DNA from: Candidatus Cloacimonadota bacterium | Lineage (GTDB): Bacteria > Cloacimonadota > Cloacimonadia > JGIOTU-2 | Length of the DNA stretch: 64,000 nucleotides | Reading direction: 5' to 3' | Assembly (NCBI GenBank): GCA_049903315.1 | Contig: JBNGBT010000001.1 | Location: forward strand, 32,001 to 96,000 | Shown here: in pieces, positions 19,268 through 28,895 of the stretch | How positions within the stretch are numbered: position 1 is the stretch's first letter | How the letters are laid out: the number at the start of each line of letters is the position of its first letter | The notes under the pieces: model-generated | The model's database searches: none | Told to the model about the DNA's origin: nothing | The model's input: the letters and a program-made list of their open reading frames with translations, nothing else | Made by a program: the position numbers and the translations under genes

Positions 19268-19500
19268 TTATTTTAATTCTTCGATGATTTTTGCAGACAA
19301 CCAACAGATAGTCTTTTAACCACCCAAATATCAGGCATTTTATGAACTTCATTAGAGCCATTCTTCGGCCTGATTGAAACAAAGAATAGCATTTTGCCAT
19401 CGCTCGAAAGGGATGGTTCCTCATTCACGAAATCACAGAAAAAGAGAAGAATTGCAGGTGAATCCCATTTCCCATTTTTCATTGTCACACTAAAGTCCGG
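19268..19500 (-). pseudogene. Internally deleted PD40-protein remnant
   Basis: One PD40 repeat (EPSLSSDGKMLFFVS..DIWVV) is joined in another frame to the family C-terminus (CWLSAKIIEELK*). There is no N-terminus. Confidence 0.65.
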
Positions 19501-19517
19501 ATGACAGGAGTTATCTT

Positions 19518-21443
19518 CTAATATTGAAATCCGATCAAATTCCAGTAATTCAGGTAGAATGCAAATCCAATAAAGATGAATGCAGTAAATATGTAGCCAA
19601 GTCGTCTTTTAAAATTCCAGTGCTCATCTTTCCAACTCTTAATAAAGAAAATAATAAAGGTTAAGCTCAGAATCATGTTTACAAGCGGAAGAACGAGCAA
19701 TGCTTTTATTATTAAAGGGACTCCAAATGCGAATTGTTCTTCATTCATCATGAAGGCAGGTGCAAATCCTGCGATAAATGTCAGATAGATAATGCTCACA
19801 ATGGTAGCTGAAAACTTTGTATAGCGTATCAGTCGGGAATGAGCCGGGCCTGGATTTTTACGGGAACGTATTTTATTTACCAGTGGTCTTAGTATACCTA
19901 TACAGAAGAAAATAAGAGCAAAAATACCATACCATAACTCTGCAAACCGGAGATATTCCTCGTACCATGCCAGTCTTTCATAGCTAATTGGCATCTGCTG
20001 AGCATCCATATGTATATATTTGACATTCCCCTTCTCATCTTCACGATATGTAATCTTAATATTACTTTGAGGGAATTGAAACAATCCCGGTTCTAATTCT
20101 ATGAGGCTGTTAGCAGTATTTTCTGTAAGCTTCCATACTCCGCCTGTGTAAGTCAGTTTATCAAAAGAATCCAGGCCTAATCGGACACCCCGGTAACAAC
20201 CTGTAAGTTTTGTTTCTTTAAATGGCTTATCTTCAGGGATTTCTTTTGTGGAAGTTTCTTCTGGTCTTTTGAAAAAATAGCTCATAAGGTGATCAGTTAT
20301 CTCCATCCGTAATATTGAATTACCGGTATTGTTACAGACAAAAAAGCCAAGATTACATTCCGGTAAAAGAAATAAGCGGCTGGAAAATCCGGAGAAATCT
20401 CCATCATGCATAATTGCCCGTTGATTGTAATCCTTGTACTCATAGAAACCATAACATACACCAGGCAATTTAGGATCATTGGTGAATTGCTGTTTTTGCA
20501 TCTCCGCGCAAGTATTCTCATTCAGGATTTGTTGGTTTTTATATTTCCCTCTTTGCAGTTGGGCAATCATAAAATGGGCCATGTCTTCTGCAGTTGCAAT
20601 TAAAGAACCAGCCGGAGATGGCATAATTATTGGATACTCTGCTGGAACAACCTGATAATTCCCATTGATAAATTGATACCCATTGGCCAGGGATGATGAT
20701 AGTTCTTCAGTTATTGCAAAACTGCTATTTTGCATTTCCAGCGGCTGCAAAATGCTTTCTTCCATGTACTGTTCAAATGAACGACTGGAAATGGTCTCAA
20801 CCAAATGCCCTGTAAGGTAAAATCCATGATTTGAATAGATAATTACATTTCCCGGAGGAAGAGAACGGGGAAGCATATTGGAAGCAAGAAAATCACCAAT
20901 CGGTTTTCTTTTCCGTTCATCACGAGTCAATATCCCGATTGGCTTACTACGAAAACCTGATGTATGGGTTAACAGATTATGCAGGGTCACCGGCTCTGGA
21001 TAATTCTCTGGTAATTTAAAAAGTGTAAGATATTCATTAACATCGGTTTTTAAATTTAATTTACCTTGTTCAACAAGTTGCATTACTGCAGTTGCAGTAA
21101 ACAGTTTCGATACAGAACCGACACTCAATAATGTTTCTCCCGGTTTTACAGCAGTTTTTTTTGTAACATCAGCATAACCGTATCCCTTGCTCAGAAAAAT
21201 TTCTCCATCTTTTACCATCACAAAAGCCAAACCCGGGATATGATATTCTTCCATCTTTTTATGAATAAAATCATCAATGTAAGTTTCAAGGGTTGACAGA
21301 TCCTTAGAGTCTTTAATCTCAATCTGAGATTTTTTCATTAAACTATCTTCATATGATTTGCTATATTCTGAAGATATCAATGAACTAATGATAATATTAA
21401 AAATCATTAATGAAATAAAAGCAATTTCTTTTTTCATTTTCAT
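19518..21443 (-). CDS. Serine hydrolase (beta-lactamase/PBP fold) with C-terminal TM helices
   Basis: GSVSK (SxxK), LLTHTSG, YSN and HDG, followed by about four C-terminal TM segments. Confidence 0.88.
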   Translation of the reverse strand: MKMKKEIAFISLMIFNIIISSLISSEYSKSYEDSLMKKSQIEIKDSKDLSTLETYIDDFIHKKMEEYHIPGLAFVMVKDGEIFLSKGYGYADVTKKTAVKPGETLLSVGSVSKLFTATAVMQLVEQGKLNLKTDVNEYLTLFKLPENYPEPVTLHNLLTHTSGFRSKPIGILTRDERKRKPIGDFLASNMLPRSLPPGNVIIYSNHGFYLTGHLVETISSRSFEQYMEESILQPLEMQNSSFAITEELSSSLANGYQFINGNYQVVPAEYPIIMPSPAGSLIATAEDMAHFMIAQLQRGKYKNQQILNENTCAEMQKQQFTNDPKLPGVCYGFYEYKDYNQRAIMHDGDFSGFSSRLFLLPECNLGFFVCNNTGNSILRMEITDHLMSYFFKRPEETSTKEIPEDKPFKETKLTGCYRGVRLGLDSFDKLTYTGGVWKLTENTANSLIELEPGLFQFPQSNIKITYREDEKGNVKYIHMDAQQMPISYERLAWYEEYLRFAELWYGIFALIFFCIGILRPLVNKIRSRKNPGPAHSRLIRYTKFSATIVSIIYLTFIAGFAPAFMMNEEQFAFGVPLIIKALLVLPLVNMILSLTFIIFFIKSWKDEHWNFKRRLGYIFTAFIFIGFAFYLNYWNLIGFQY

Positions 21444-21820
21444 TTCCTTTTTTTTAGTTCTTTTGGTTTTAATTCTTCAATGACCTTTACTTCCATCCAG
21501 AAAATATCGGCTTTTTCAGGAGCGGGATGAAAAAGCGTGATTTCCTGTAGAACATCAAATGTATGATGCTCTTTAAAGTATTTTTTCCATGGTACTTGAG
21601 GATAAGCAGCAAAGAAAAAATATTTTCCATCAGAAGATATCGATGGGCACCATCCGGATATCGTAATTACATCGAAATCATCATCACAATCTAAATCTAC
21701 TGGATAGGCAAGTATTGGTTCAATGTTATAGTTTGAAATGATTATCTCATCGCTGAAATCAAATTCTGCAGATAAACTTATTGCGATTAGTAGAAATACA
21801 ATAAATATTTTTATTTTCAT
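21440..21820 (-). CDS. Chimeric small secreted protein (FG-GAP N-terminus fused to PD40 C-terminus); possibly a pseudogene
   Basis: FSDEIIISNYNIEPILAYPVDLD matches 23329..24882. ISGWCPSISSDGKYFFFAAYPQV...IFW matches 17336..18334. Confidence 0.65.
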   Translation of the reverse strand: MKIKIFIVFLLIAISLSAEFDFSDEIIISNYNIEPILAYPVDLDCDDDFDVITISGWCPSISSDGKYFFFAAYPQVPWKKYFKEHHTFDVLQEITLFHPAPEKADIFWMEVKVIEELKPKELKKRK

Positions 21821-21830
21821 TTCTTACTCC

Positions 21831-23318
21831 TCATTTCAATAAAAGCATCTTCTTTGAAGCCAAGGTTTTACCGTTTTGTGTTAAGACTGCATAATACATT
21901 CCGGATGATACTGGTTGGTTGGATTGATCGGTACCGTTCCAGACTATATGTTGAATGTGTGATTGGATGAATGGGAGATTCGAGAAAGTCTTCACCTGCT
22001 GTCCTTTAAGATTAAATATTTCGATTTCTAAACGTTCGTTATGTTTACATAGTGCGCTACAAAATCTGATTGTTGAAGACGGATTAAATGGATTGGGATA
22101 ATTCCAAAGATTACAACCGGAAGGCTGATCGATGATATTTTCAACCTCATTGCTGCCATCGGGAGCAAGTTTCACAATATAAACATCATCACCATTTCCA
22201 AAAGAATTTGTATAACCTGCTAAAACATATCCTTCATCTTCTGTTTGTTCTACGAAGAATGAATAATCATTTCCAGTTCCTCCAACATCTTTTCTCCAGA
22301 TCCGATCTCCTGAATACGATATTTTCAAAGCAAGAACATCAAAATCTCCATTAACAGTGGCATTGGTCAATCCGCCCAAAATAAAATCACCATCTGAAGT
22401 AATATCCAAAGAATAGCAATAATCTACCACATCTGTGCCATAAACATGAGACCAGATTTCATTGCCTTGTTCATCTGTTTTTATCAGCCAGACATCAAAA
22501 TCTCCGGCTCCAAATGATTTTGTGCTCCCAGCCAGTATATAACCTTCTCCCGGTAGGATCTGCATTGAATAGGCATTTTCAATTTCCGGTCCTCCAAAAG
22601 TGTGAGACCAGGTTTCATTACCTAAACTATCAGTTTTGATGAGATACGCATCATAATTTCCATTCCCGAACGATGATGTTAGTCCCGCCAGAATATAGCT
22701 TCCATCAGCTTCCTGGTGGACAGTGTAAGTTTTGTCATTACCATTACCGCCGTATGTTTGCTGCCATTCCAGGTTTCCGTTTTCATCTGTTTTAATCAGC
22801 CAGGCATCCTGGTTGTTGTTTTCAATGTTTCCGGTTCCACCCGTGATGACATAACCGCCGTCACTGGTTTGTTCCACATATTGTGTCCTGTCATTTTCAG
22901 ATGTTCCATAGGTTTGATTCCATTCTTCATTGCCATCGGCATCCGTTTTTATCAACCAGAAATCCCGCATTCCATTTCCAAAAGATTCTGTAGTTCCAGC
23001 TATAATGAATCCTCCATCTGTTGTTTGCTGCCCCATGATAGAAAAGTCATTCTGGTTGCCGCCAAAAGTTCTGTCCCATAACATAGTGCCATGTTCATCG
23101 GTTTTTATCAGCCAGATATCGTTCATGCCATTGCCGGTTTGATCAGTCGTTCCGATGATGATTAAGCTGCTGTCACTCGTTTCCCGGATGCACGTGGAGG
23201 TATCTTCGTTGATGCCGCCAAAATGTTTTGTCCAGAGTGTATCTGGCGCAGTTTGGGCAACTAGAAAACAGCTTGATAATATAAAAAATAACATTAAAAA
23301 TATTCGTTTAATTTTCAT
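21831..23318 (-). CDS. Secreted beta-propeller repeat protein with T9SS-type C-terminal domain
   Basis: About seven repeats of DxWLIKTDxxGxxxWxxTYGG...GGYIIAG, then a NYPNPFNP C-terminal domain. Confidence 0.85.
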   Translation of the reverse strand: MKIKRIFLMLFFILSSCFLVAQTAPDTLWTKHFGGINEDTSTCIRETSDSSLIIIGTTDQTGNGMNDIWLIKTDEHGTMLWDRTFGGNQNDFSIMGQQTTDGGFIIAGTTESFGNGMRDFWLIKTDADGNEEWNQTYGTSENDRTQYVEQTSDGGYVITGGTGNIENNNQDAWLIKTDENGNLEWQQTYGGNGNDKTYTVHQEADGSYILAGLTSSFGNGNYDAYLIKTDSLGNETWSHTFGGPEIENAYSMQILPGEGYILAGSTKSFGAGDFDVWLIKTDEQGNEIWSHVYGTDVVDYCYSLDITSDGDFILGGLTNATVNGDFDVLALKISYSGDRIWRKDVGGTGNDYSFFVEQTEDEGYVLAGYTNSFGNGDDVYIVKLAPDGSNEVENIIDQPSGCNLWNYPNPFNPSSTIRFCSALCKHNERLEIEIFNLKGQQVKTFSNLPFIQSHIQHIVWNGTDQSNQPVSSGMYYAVLTQNGKTLASKKMLLLK

Positions 23319-23328
23319 AATAGTATCC

Positions 23329-24882
23329 TCAATTTAATAATAACATTTTGCAGGAAGCTAATGGGGTGTTGTTTTGTTTTAAAACTGCATAATACATACC
23401 AGATGATACTAACTGATTGGATTGATCAGTTCCGTTCCATACAATTTGTTGATTGAGTGATTGTATGATTGGAAGATTCGAGAAAGTCTTCACTTTCTGA
23501 CCTTTCAAATTGAAGATTTCAATTTTTATTTTTTCGTTTTGATTATATTGTTCACTGCGAAAACTGATCTTTGAAGATGTATTAAACGGATTAGGGTAAT
23601 TCCAGAATATATTTGAATCAATCAGGTTATGCAGTTCATCATCGACATCAATTGTAAGTTCATTTCTGAACCAGACGATTTTATCACTGCCCCAGAAAGT
23701 TGAAATCAGATCCTGATCTTCGTCATTATCGAGATCTGCTGCCAGAGTGCTGTGTACAAAGGTTGCATTATCCCAGATATATTGACTTTCTCCGAATGTT
23801 CCATCTCCCTGATTCAGGAAATAGACAATTTTATTCCACACTCCGCAAGAAACGATTACATCATCATCATTATCATTATCAAGGTCAGCAGTGGATACTT
23901 GGAAAGCATCTTCTGTATCTGTCGAGATAATCTGCTGATCACCGAAAGTGCCGTTTCCATCCAGGTTTTCGTACCAGGCTGTTTTATCATCACCCGTTGA
24001 TGCAGATAAAACATCGGGATCGCCATCATTATCAATATCACTTATCCAGATCGATAGAAGATTATCAACTGCAGTTGTGATAGTTTGCTGTGGCTGGAAT
24101 GTTCCAGAACCATCTATATTCTCATACCAATAGATTCTATTTGTTGTATGGTTCGTTCCTGTCACCATATCGAAATCTCCGTCTAAATCGAGATCAACAG
24201 GAATGATACGACAGGCTTTAGCAGCGTTGTATGCAATAATATTAGCTGCCGAAAATGTGCCTAGACCATCGAGATTTTCATACCAGGCAAATGTATCATC
24301 TTCCCACGAGGCAACGACAATATCATTATCTCCATCATTGTCGATATCAGCTGTAGAAACATGAAACGCTCCATCCCGAGTACTATCAATCGTGATTTGT
24401 TCTTTAAAAGTACCCATTCCATCAACGTTTTTGAACCAGACAACTCGATCTGAAAAATAGTATGTCACAACAATATCCAAATGATTATCCGAATCAAAAT
24501 CTGCAGCAGCCAGACAGGAAGGTATTTGATATGTATCGGAAATCAAGTTTTGATTACTGAATATGCCTGATCCGTCCAGATTTTCGAACCAGCATACTTT
24601 ATGATCACCACCAAAAATCGCGGCTATATCAATATCTTCGTCATTATCGATATCTACAGGTAAAGCCAGTATTGGTTCAACATTTTGTGAAGTGATTAGT
24701 ATTTCATCGCTGAACAAAAGTTGAGAATTCAGTAATTCGTCAGACGGAAATCTTTCCGGTATCATACTCTGAGGTTTCTGACCAAGATTAGCATCGGTGA
24801 GATTTTGCAAATCGTTAGGCTGAGCAGAAATGCTTGTTGCGGTAAAAAGCATAATACAAATTATTACTAGTAATTTATTCAC
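23329..24882 (-). CDS. FG-GAP/VCBS repeat protein with T9SS-type C-terminal domain
   Basis: Repeated DxDNDGDxD...WYENxDGxGTF units and a NYPNPFN C-terminal domain. GTG start. Confidence 0.85.
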   Translation of the reverse strand: MNKLLVIICIMLFTATSISAQPNDLQNLTDANLGQKPQSMIPERFPSDELLNSQLLFSDEILITSQNVEPILALPVDIDNDEDIDIAAIFGGDHKVCWFENLDGSGIFSNQNLISDTYQIPSCLAAADFDSDNHLDIVVTYYFSDRVVWFKNVDGMGTFKEQITIDSTRDGAFHVSTADIDNDGDNDIVVASWEDDTFAWYENLDGLGTFSAANIIAYNAAKACRIIPVDLDLDGDFDMVTGTNHTTNRIYWYENIDGSGTFQPQQTITTAVDNLLSIWISDIDNDGDPDVLSASTGDDKTAWYENLDGNGTFGDQQIISTDTEDAFQVSTADLDNDNDDDVIVSCGVWNKIVYFLNQGDGTFGESQYIWDNATFVHSTLAADLDNDEDQDLISTFWGSDKIVWFRNELTIDVDDELHNLIDSNIFWNYPNPFNTSSKISFRSEQYNQNEKIKIEIFNLKGQKVKTFSNLPIIQSLNQQIVWNGTDQSNQLVSSGMYYAVLKQNNTPLASCKMLLLN

Positions 24883-24883
24883 C

Positions 24884-25318
24884 TTAATCTCCTTTATTTA
24901 AGCTTTCTGCCGGAAATGAAAAATGCTGCTGTACAAAAACCCAATTTCCTTTTTGCTTTTCAAGTACACCTGTCCAGCGTGTATTTTCCCAGTTTGCCGG
25001 TTTACCATCCCATTCGTTCAGATCATCGAGAATGCAGTAAAACCAGGCAACTGTGCCTGATTCTGAAAGACCAATCCGCAAGTCTCGGATCTCATGCCCG
25101 ACTGCTTTAAATCGCGGATCCTTAAAGAAATCACTGTTCTTTTTGAATGCCTTGAATCCTTTGACAACAGTATCTGTCGGATGCACTTCAATAAAATCTT
25201 CATCGTGGGCAAGCGTTGAGAATGAAAGATCAAAATCCTTGTTTATCGCCCACCCGATCATATTGTGAATGGTTTGTTCAATTTTCTTCAGCTCTTCGGT
25301 TTTTTCTTTTTTATTCAT
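24884..25318 (-). CDS. SnoaL/NTF2-like family protein
   Basis: 144 aa, with GTVAWF and TRWTGVLEK..GNWVFVQQHFS. Confidence 0.8.
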   Translation of the reverse strand: MNKKEKTEELKKIEQTIHNMIGWAINKDFDLSFSTLAHDEDFIEVHPTDTVVKGFKAFKKNSDFFKDPRFKAVGHEIRDLRIGLSESGTVAWFYCILDDLNEWDGKPANWENTRWTGVLEKQKGNWVFVQQHFSFPAESLNKGD

Positions 25319-25325
25319 GAATAAA

Positions 25326-26411
25326 TTACCTCAATAACGTAATTTTTTTTGTTTCCGAGAATTCTTCTGAACTGATCGTACAGAAATATACACCAGGTTT
25401 GAGGTCGTTCGTGTCCCAACCGATAGAATAACTGCCGGACTCGAATGCTCCTTTGATCGGTCTACTCACCAATTCACCTTTTACATTATGGAAAGTAAGA
25501 TGAATTTCTGCATTATGCTTTAGAGAAAATCTAATAGTACCATTTGAATGAACCGGATTAGGGAAAGAGCCGCGAAAATCAATATTTTCCTCTGGTTTTT
25601 CAGGTTCCTCTACCGCGGTAGAAAGGTCGATAAAATCTACAGTATTGGCCTCGAAATTGGGAACAGCGAGAATGTCATCAACGGCATTATAGAAGAGCCC
25701 TGCCGGTTCATCGAAATCTCCGGGAATATTTTCTGGTGGATTGATCAGTGAATTGTCATATTTATATACATAGTCAGTTCCATAATGAGATGCAATATAT
25801 ACATTTCCCTCAGGATCGATAGCTATGCCATCAAAATATCCTGTAGAGGTAGGGAACGTAGTTATATCTGATGAATCAGCAACATTGATCGCATAGATGG
25901 ATGAGTGCCATTGCCATGCAACAGCAAGCAACCGGTTGTTCTGAATATCAAAGACAACATCCTGCGTATAATTCGGGAGTCCGGAAACAAAAACATGGTA
26001 ATCATGTGTAGCTGGATTGAGTTTGAATATTTTCCCGCCTGTATCCACCACATAGAGGTTTCCATCCAAATCTGATGTCATGCCGTCAAGCCAATTTGTT
26101 GCCGGCAGGTATTGTGTAAATGTAACTGTTCCTGTTGCAAGGTTAATTCCTTTTACATGCCTGTTGCATGAAACATAAAGTATGTTGTCCATGAGGTGCA
26201 TGCCAAGGCATTCGGTCATGTTTGTGCCAAGTGTATCCAGGATTCCACTGGTGTCTGACCGTACAACAGTATATGTTCCATAATTGGAAACATAGTAGCA
26301 GTCTGCAGCAGGATCAAACACAACGCTTTCAGGATTGTGGTAGGTATCCTGTGCATAGCAGATTGATGAAATGATAAGTAAGATTGGGATGAATAATAAT
26401 AATTTTTTCAT
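25326..26411 (-). CDS. SMP-30/gluconolactonase-like beta-propeller with T9SS-type C-terminal domain
   Basis: Signal peptide, NPESVVFD, DGMTSDLDGNLYV and DGIAIDPEGNVY, then an FPNP...GVYFC C-terminal domain. Confidence 0.8.
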   Translation of the reverse strand: MKKLLLFIPILLIISSICYAQDTYHNPESVVFDPAADCYYVSNYGTYTVVRSDTSGILDTLGTNMTECLGMHLMDNILYVSCNRHVKGINLATGTVTFTQYLPATNWLDGMTSDLDGNLYVVDTGGKIFKLNPATHDYHVFVSGLPNYTQDVVFDIQNNRLLAVAWQWHSSIYAINVADSSDITTFPTSTGYFDGIAIDPEGNVYIASHYGTDYVYKYDNSLINPPENIPGDFDEPAGLFYNAVDDILAVPNFEANTVDFIDLSTAVEEPEKPEENIDFRGSFPNPVHSNGTIRFSLKHNAEIHLTFHNVKGELVSRPIKGAFESGSYSIGWDTNDLKPGVYFCTISSEEFSETKKITLLR

Positions 26412-26423
26412 GTGTAAGACCTC

Positions 26424-28889
26424 CTATTCATATTTGATTATCTCTACAGGATTTGCATTTGCTGACTTGAACGTCTGAAATATGATCGTTGCAAGCGTTG
26501 TAATGAGCAGTAGTAATCCTGCTGTAATAAAATAAGAAATATTAAGTGAAATATGGAAACTGTAATCCTGTAACCAGCTATGCATAAGAAACCATGCAAC
26601 AGGAATTCCAGCAAAGATCGAAATAAGTGTAACAATGAAAAACTCTTTGCAAAGAGTAATGGTTACTTCAGAGACCGAAGCCCCAAAAACTTTCCTGATA
26701 CCGATTTCTCGTTTTCGCTTATTCATCATAAATAATGATAATCCGAAGATACCTATAAAAGCAAGGAAAAGAGCTATGAATGTTAGAGACATCAGAAGCC
26801 GTAATTGTGATTGTTCGATGTCGTAGAGCACTTTATATTGATCATCTAAATATGATAAATTTAATGAAATAGTTGGGAAAAGTTCCTGCCATTTTTTTGT
26901 GATGTGCTCCCGGGCAAGTGCTTCTTTTTGTTGATCGAACCGAATGAGAATGTTATTGAAGAAAAGAGGTTCGTATACATAAAGAAGTGGTTTGATCTCA
27001 TTTCGGATTGAGGAGTAGTGGATGTCATTCACAACACCGACGATCATTCCTTTGTCAAAATTAAGTGCGGCATTGTTCCACCCCATTTCTTTTCCGATTG
27101 CTTCTTCAGGACTTTTAAAACCGAGGATAACTGATGCTTTCTTGCTGATGAGAAAGTATCGATAAGGGGTTTGTATATAGTTCAGAAAGTCTTCTTGATC
27201 GGTGAAATAGCTATATCTTGGCATGAAATTGTGTTTGTATTCTCTCATATCTTCACCGGCAATGACAGGGATATTCAATGTGCTGACAAAGGTATCATCG
27301 ATTGGATTTAAATATATGTTTGGGCTTTGTTCTGAATCGTCAATATCAAGACCTCGTACAAATCCTCCATCCAGTATTTCCTGAGAGGGATCCTGGCATA
27401 CTGCAGAAACACTAATGATCTCGGGATAAGAAAGTAATTGTTCCTTAAATAATTCATAGTTACTTTTGATCCCATTAGGATTGTGACTGATCAGGAAGAT
27501 ATTATCGGTGTCGAATCCGAGGTCTTTTTTCATCATAAAACGATACTGTGCAAAGGTTACAAAGGTACAAACCATCAACACTATTGCTGCTGCAAATTGA
27601 ACAAAAACCAGTATTCTTCTTAGATTAAAGAAATGTTTCTTATAAGATTGGATCACAGCGGATTGCCGTGTAGAGTGTAATGGTGATACAAGTGACATAT
27701 GGAGTGCCGGATAGAGACCAGCGAGAAATCCAATGATGCACGTAGCAAGAAGAAATGGTAAGATAATTGAAATATTTAGGATATTGTAGAAGTGTAACGA
27801 ACTATTAGTGATTGAATTAATAACCGGCAGAAGTAATTCCGATAGTCCAAGGGCTATGATAAAGGCAAAACAGGCAAATACGATCGTTTCGCTTATGTTA
27901 TATATTGCTATCTGTTTATGCCCTGCACCTAGAATTTTCCGAATCCCGATCTCATGGAAGCGTGAAGTAAAACGTGCAGTACTAAGATTAATATAGTTGA
28001 AAATTGAAATAAGCATCACAATAACTGCTAATGCAATGAGTGCGTAGATTTCATTGATATCCCCATTTTGTTCGAGTTCCCTGTCCAGATGGGAATAAAG
28101 ATGGATATCTGTGAATTTTTGTACAGGAAGATCACTACTTTCGAGGATGTCCTCTTGACCTGTAATTTCGACAAGAAATTGTGACACCTTTTGTTGGAGT
28201 GATTTCGTAGTAGTTCCGGGATGAGTAAGCACATACACATAGGACCAATTTTCATCACGACCAAGTGGATCAAACGAAGCAAGCATATCAAAATGAATGT
28301 GTGAATTCTCTGGAATATCTTCCATAATGCCCGTGACCGTAAAATCAATAGTCCGGTCTATTCTGTTCATACCGACAAGACTTACGATATGTCCCATAGG
28401 ATTGGAGTCTGGAAAATACTTTTCTGCAATAGATTTTGAGATCACAATGGAGTTTGGTTCTGTGAGAGCATTTTCTGGATTACCGGACTTCAAGGGAAAA
28501 TCGAATACTGAAAATACATTATCGTCAGCAAAAAAGAAAGCATCGTTGCGGAACGTATGTTCATTTATTTTAATATTATTGAAATCACTTCGCTGGAACC
28601 TTACGAGCTCTTCTATTTCCGGGATGTGTTCCGGCAGGAATTTCATAAAACTATCGGGACATCGTGCAAAGTGCGGATTATAGCCTCCCGGATAATCAAA
28701 CTTCCTTGTTACCCGGAAAATTCTATCTGCTTTTGAATGAAATCTGTCATAGCTCATTTCTGATGAAACATAGAGCAACACGAGAAAGAGTACTGTTAAT
28801 CCAATAGCAAATCCACCAATTGTAATTGCAGAATATAGTTTATGCTTTCTGATGTTTCTTATTATGAGTTTTAAGTTGATTTTAAACAT
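26424..28889 (-). CDS. ABC transporter permease, double MacB/FtsX type (array member P1)
   Basis: Two EIGIRK.LGA-type motifs, SYDRFH, DIHL, LGFD and a C-terminal NP..IKYE. Confidence 0.92.
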   Translation of the reverse strand: MFKINLKLIIRNIRKHKLYSAITIGGFAIGLTVLFLVLLYVSSEMSYDRFHSKADRIFRVTRKFDYPGGYNPHFARCPDSFMKFLPEHIPEIEELVRFQRSDFNNIKINEHTFRNDAFFFADDNVFSVFDFPLKSGNPENALTEPNSIVISKSIAEKYFPDSNPMGHIVSLVGMNRIDRTIDFTVTGIMEDIPENSHIHFDMLASFDPLGRDENWSYVYVLTHPGTTTKSLQQKVSQFLVEITGQEDILESSDLPVQKFTDIHLYSHLDRELEQNGDINEIYALIALAVIVMLISIFNYINLSTARFTSRFHEIGIRKILGAGHKQIAIYNISETIVFACFAFIIALGLSELLLPVINSITNSSLHFYNILNISIILPFLLATCIIGFLAGLYPALHMSLVSPLHSTRQSAVIQSYKKHFFNLRRILVFVQFAAAIVLMVCTFVTFAQYRFMMKKDLGFDTDNIFLISHNPNGIKSNYELFKEQLLSYPEIISVSAVCQDPSQEILDGGFVRGLDIDDSEQSPNIYLNPIDDTFVSTLNIPVIAGEDMREYKHNFMPRYSYFTDQEDFLNYIQTPYRYFLISKKASVILGFKSPEEAIGKEMGWNNAALNFDKGMIVGVVNDIHYSSIRNEIKPLLYVYEPLFFNNILIRFDQQKEALAREHITKKWQELFPTISLNLSYLDDQYKVLYDIEQSQLRLLMSLTFIALFLAFIGIFGLSLFMMNKRKREIGIRKVFGASVSEVTITLCKEFFIVTLISIFAGIPVAWFLMHSWLQDYSFHISLNISYFITAGLLLLITTLATIIFQTFKSANANPVEIIKYE

Positions 28890-28895
28890 AAGAAA

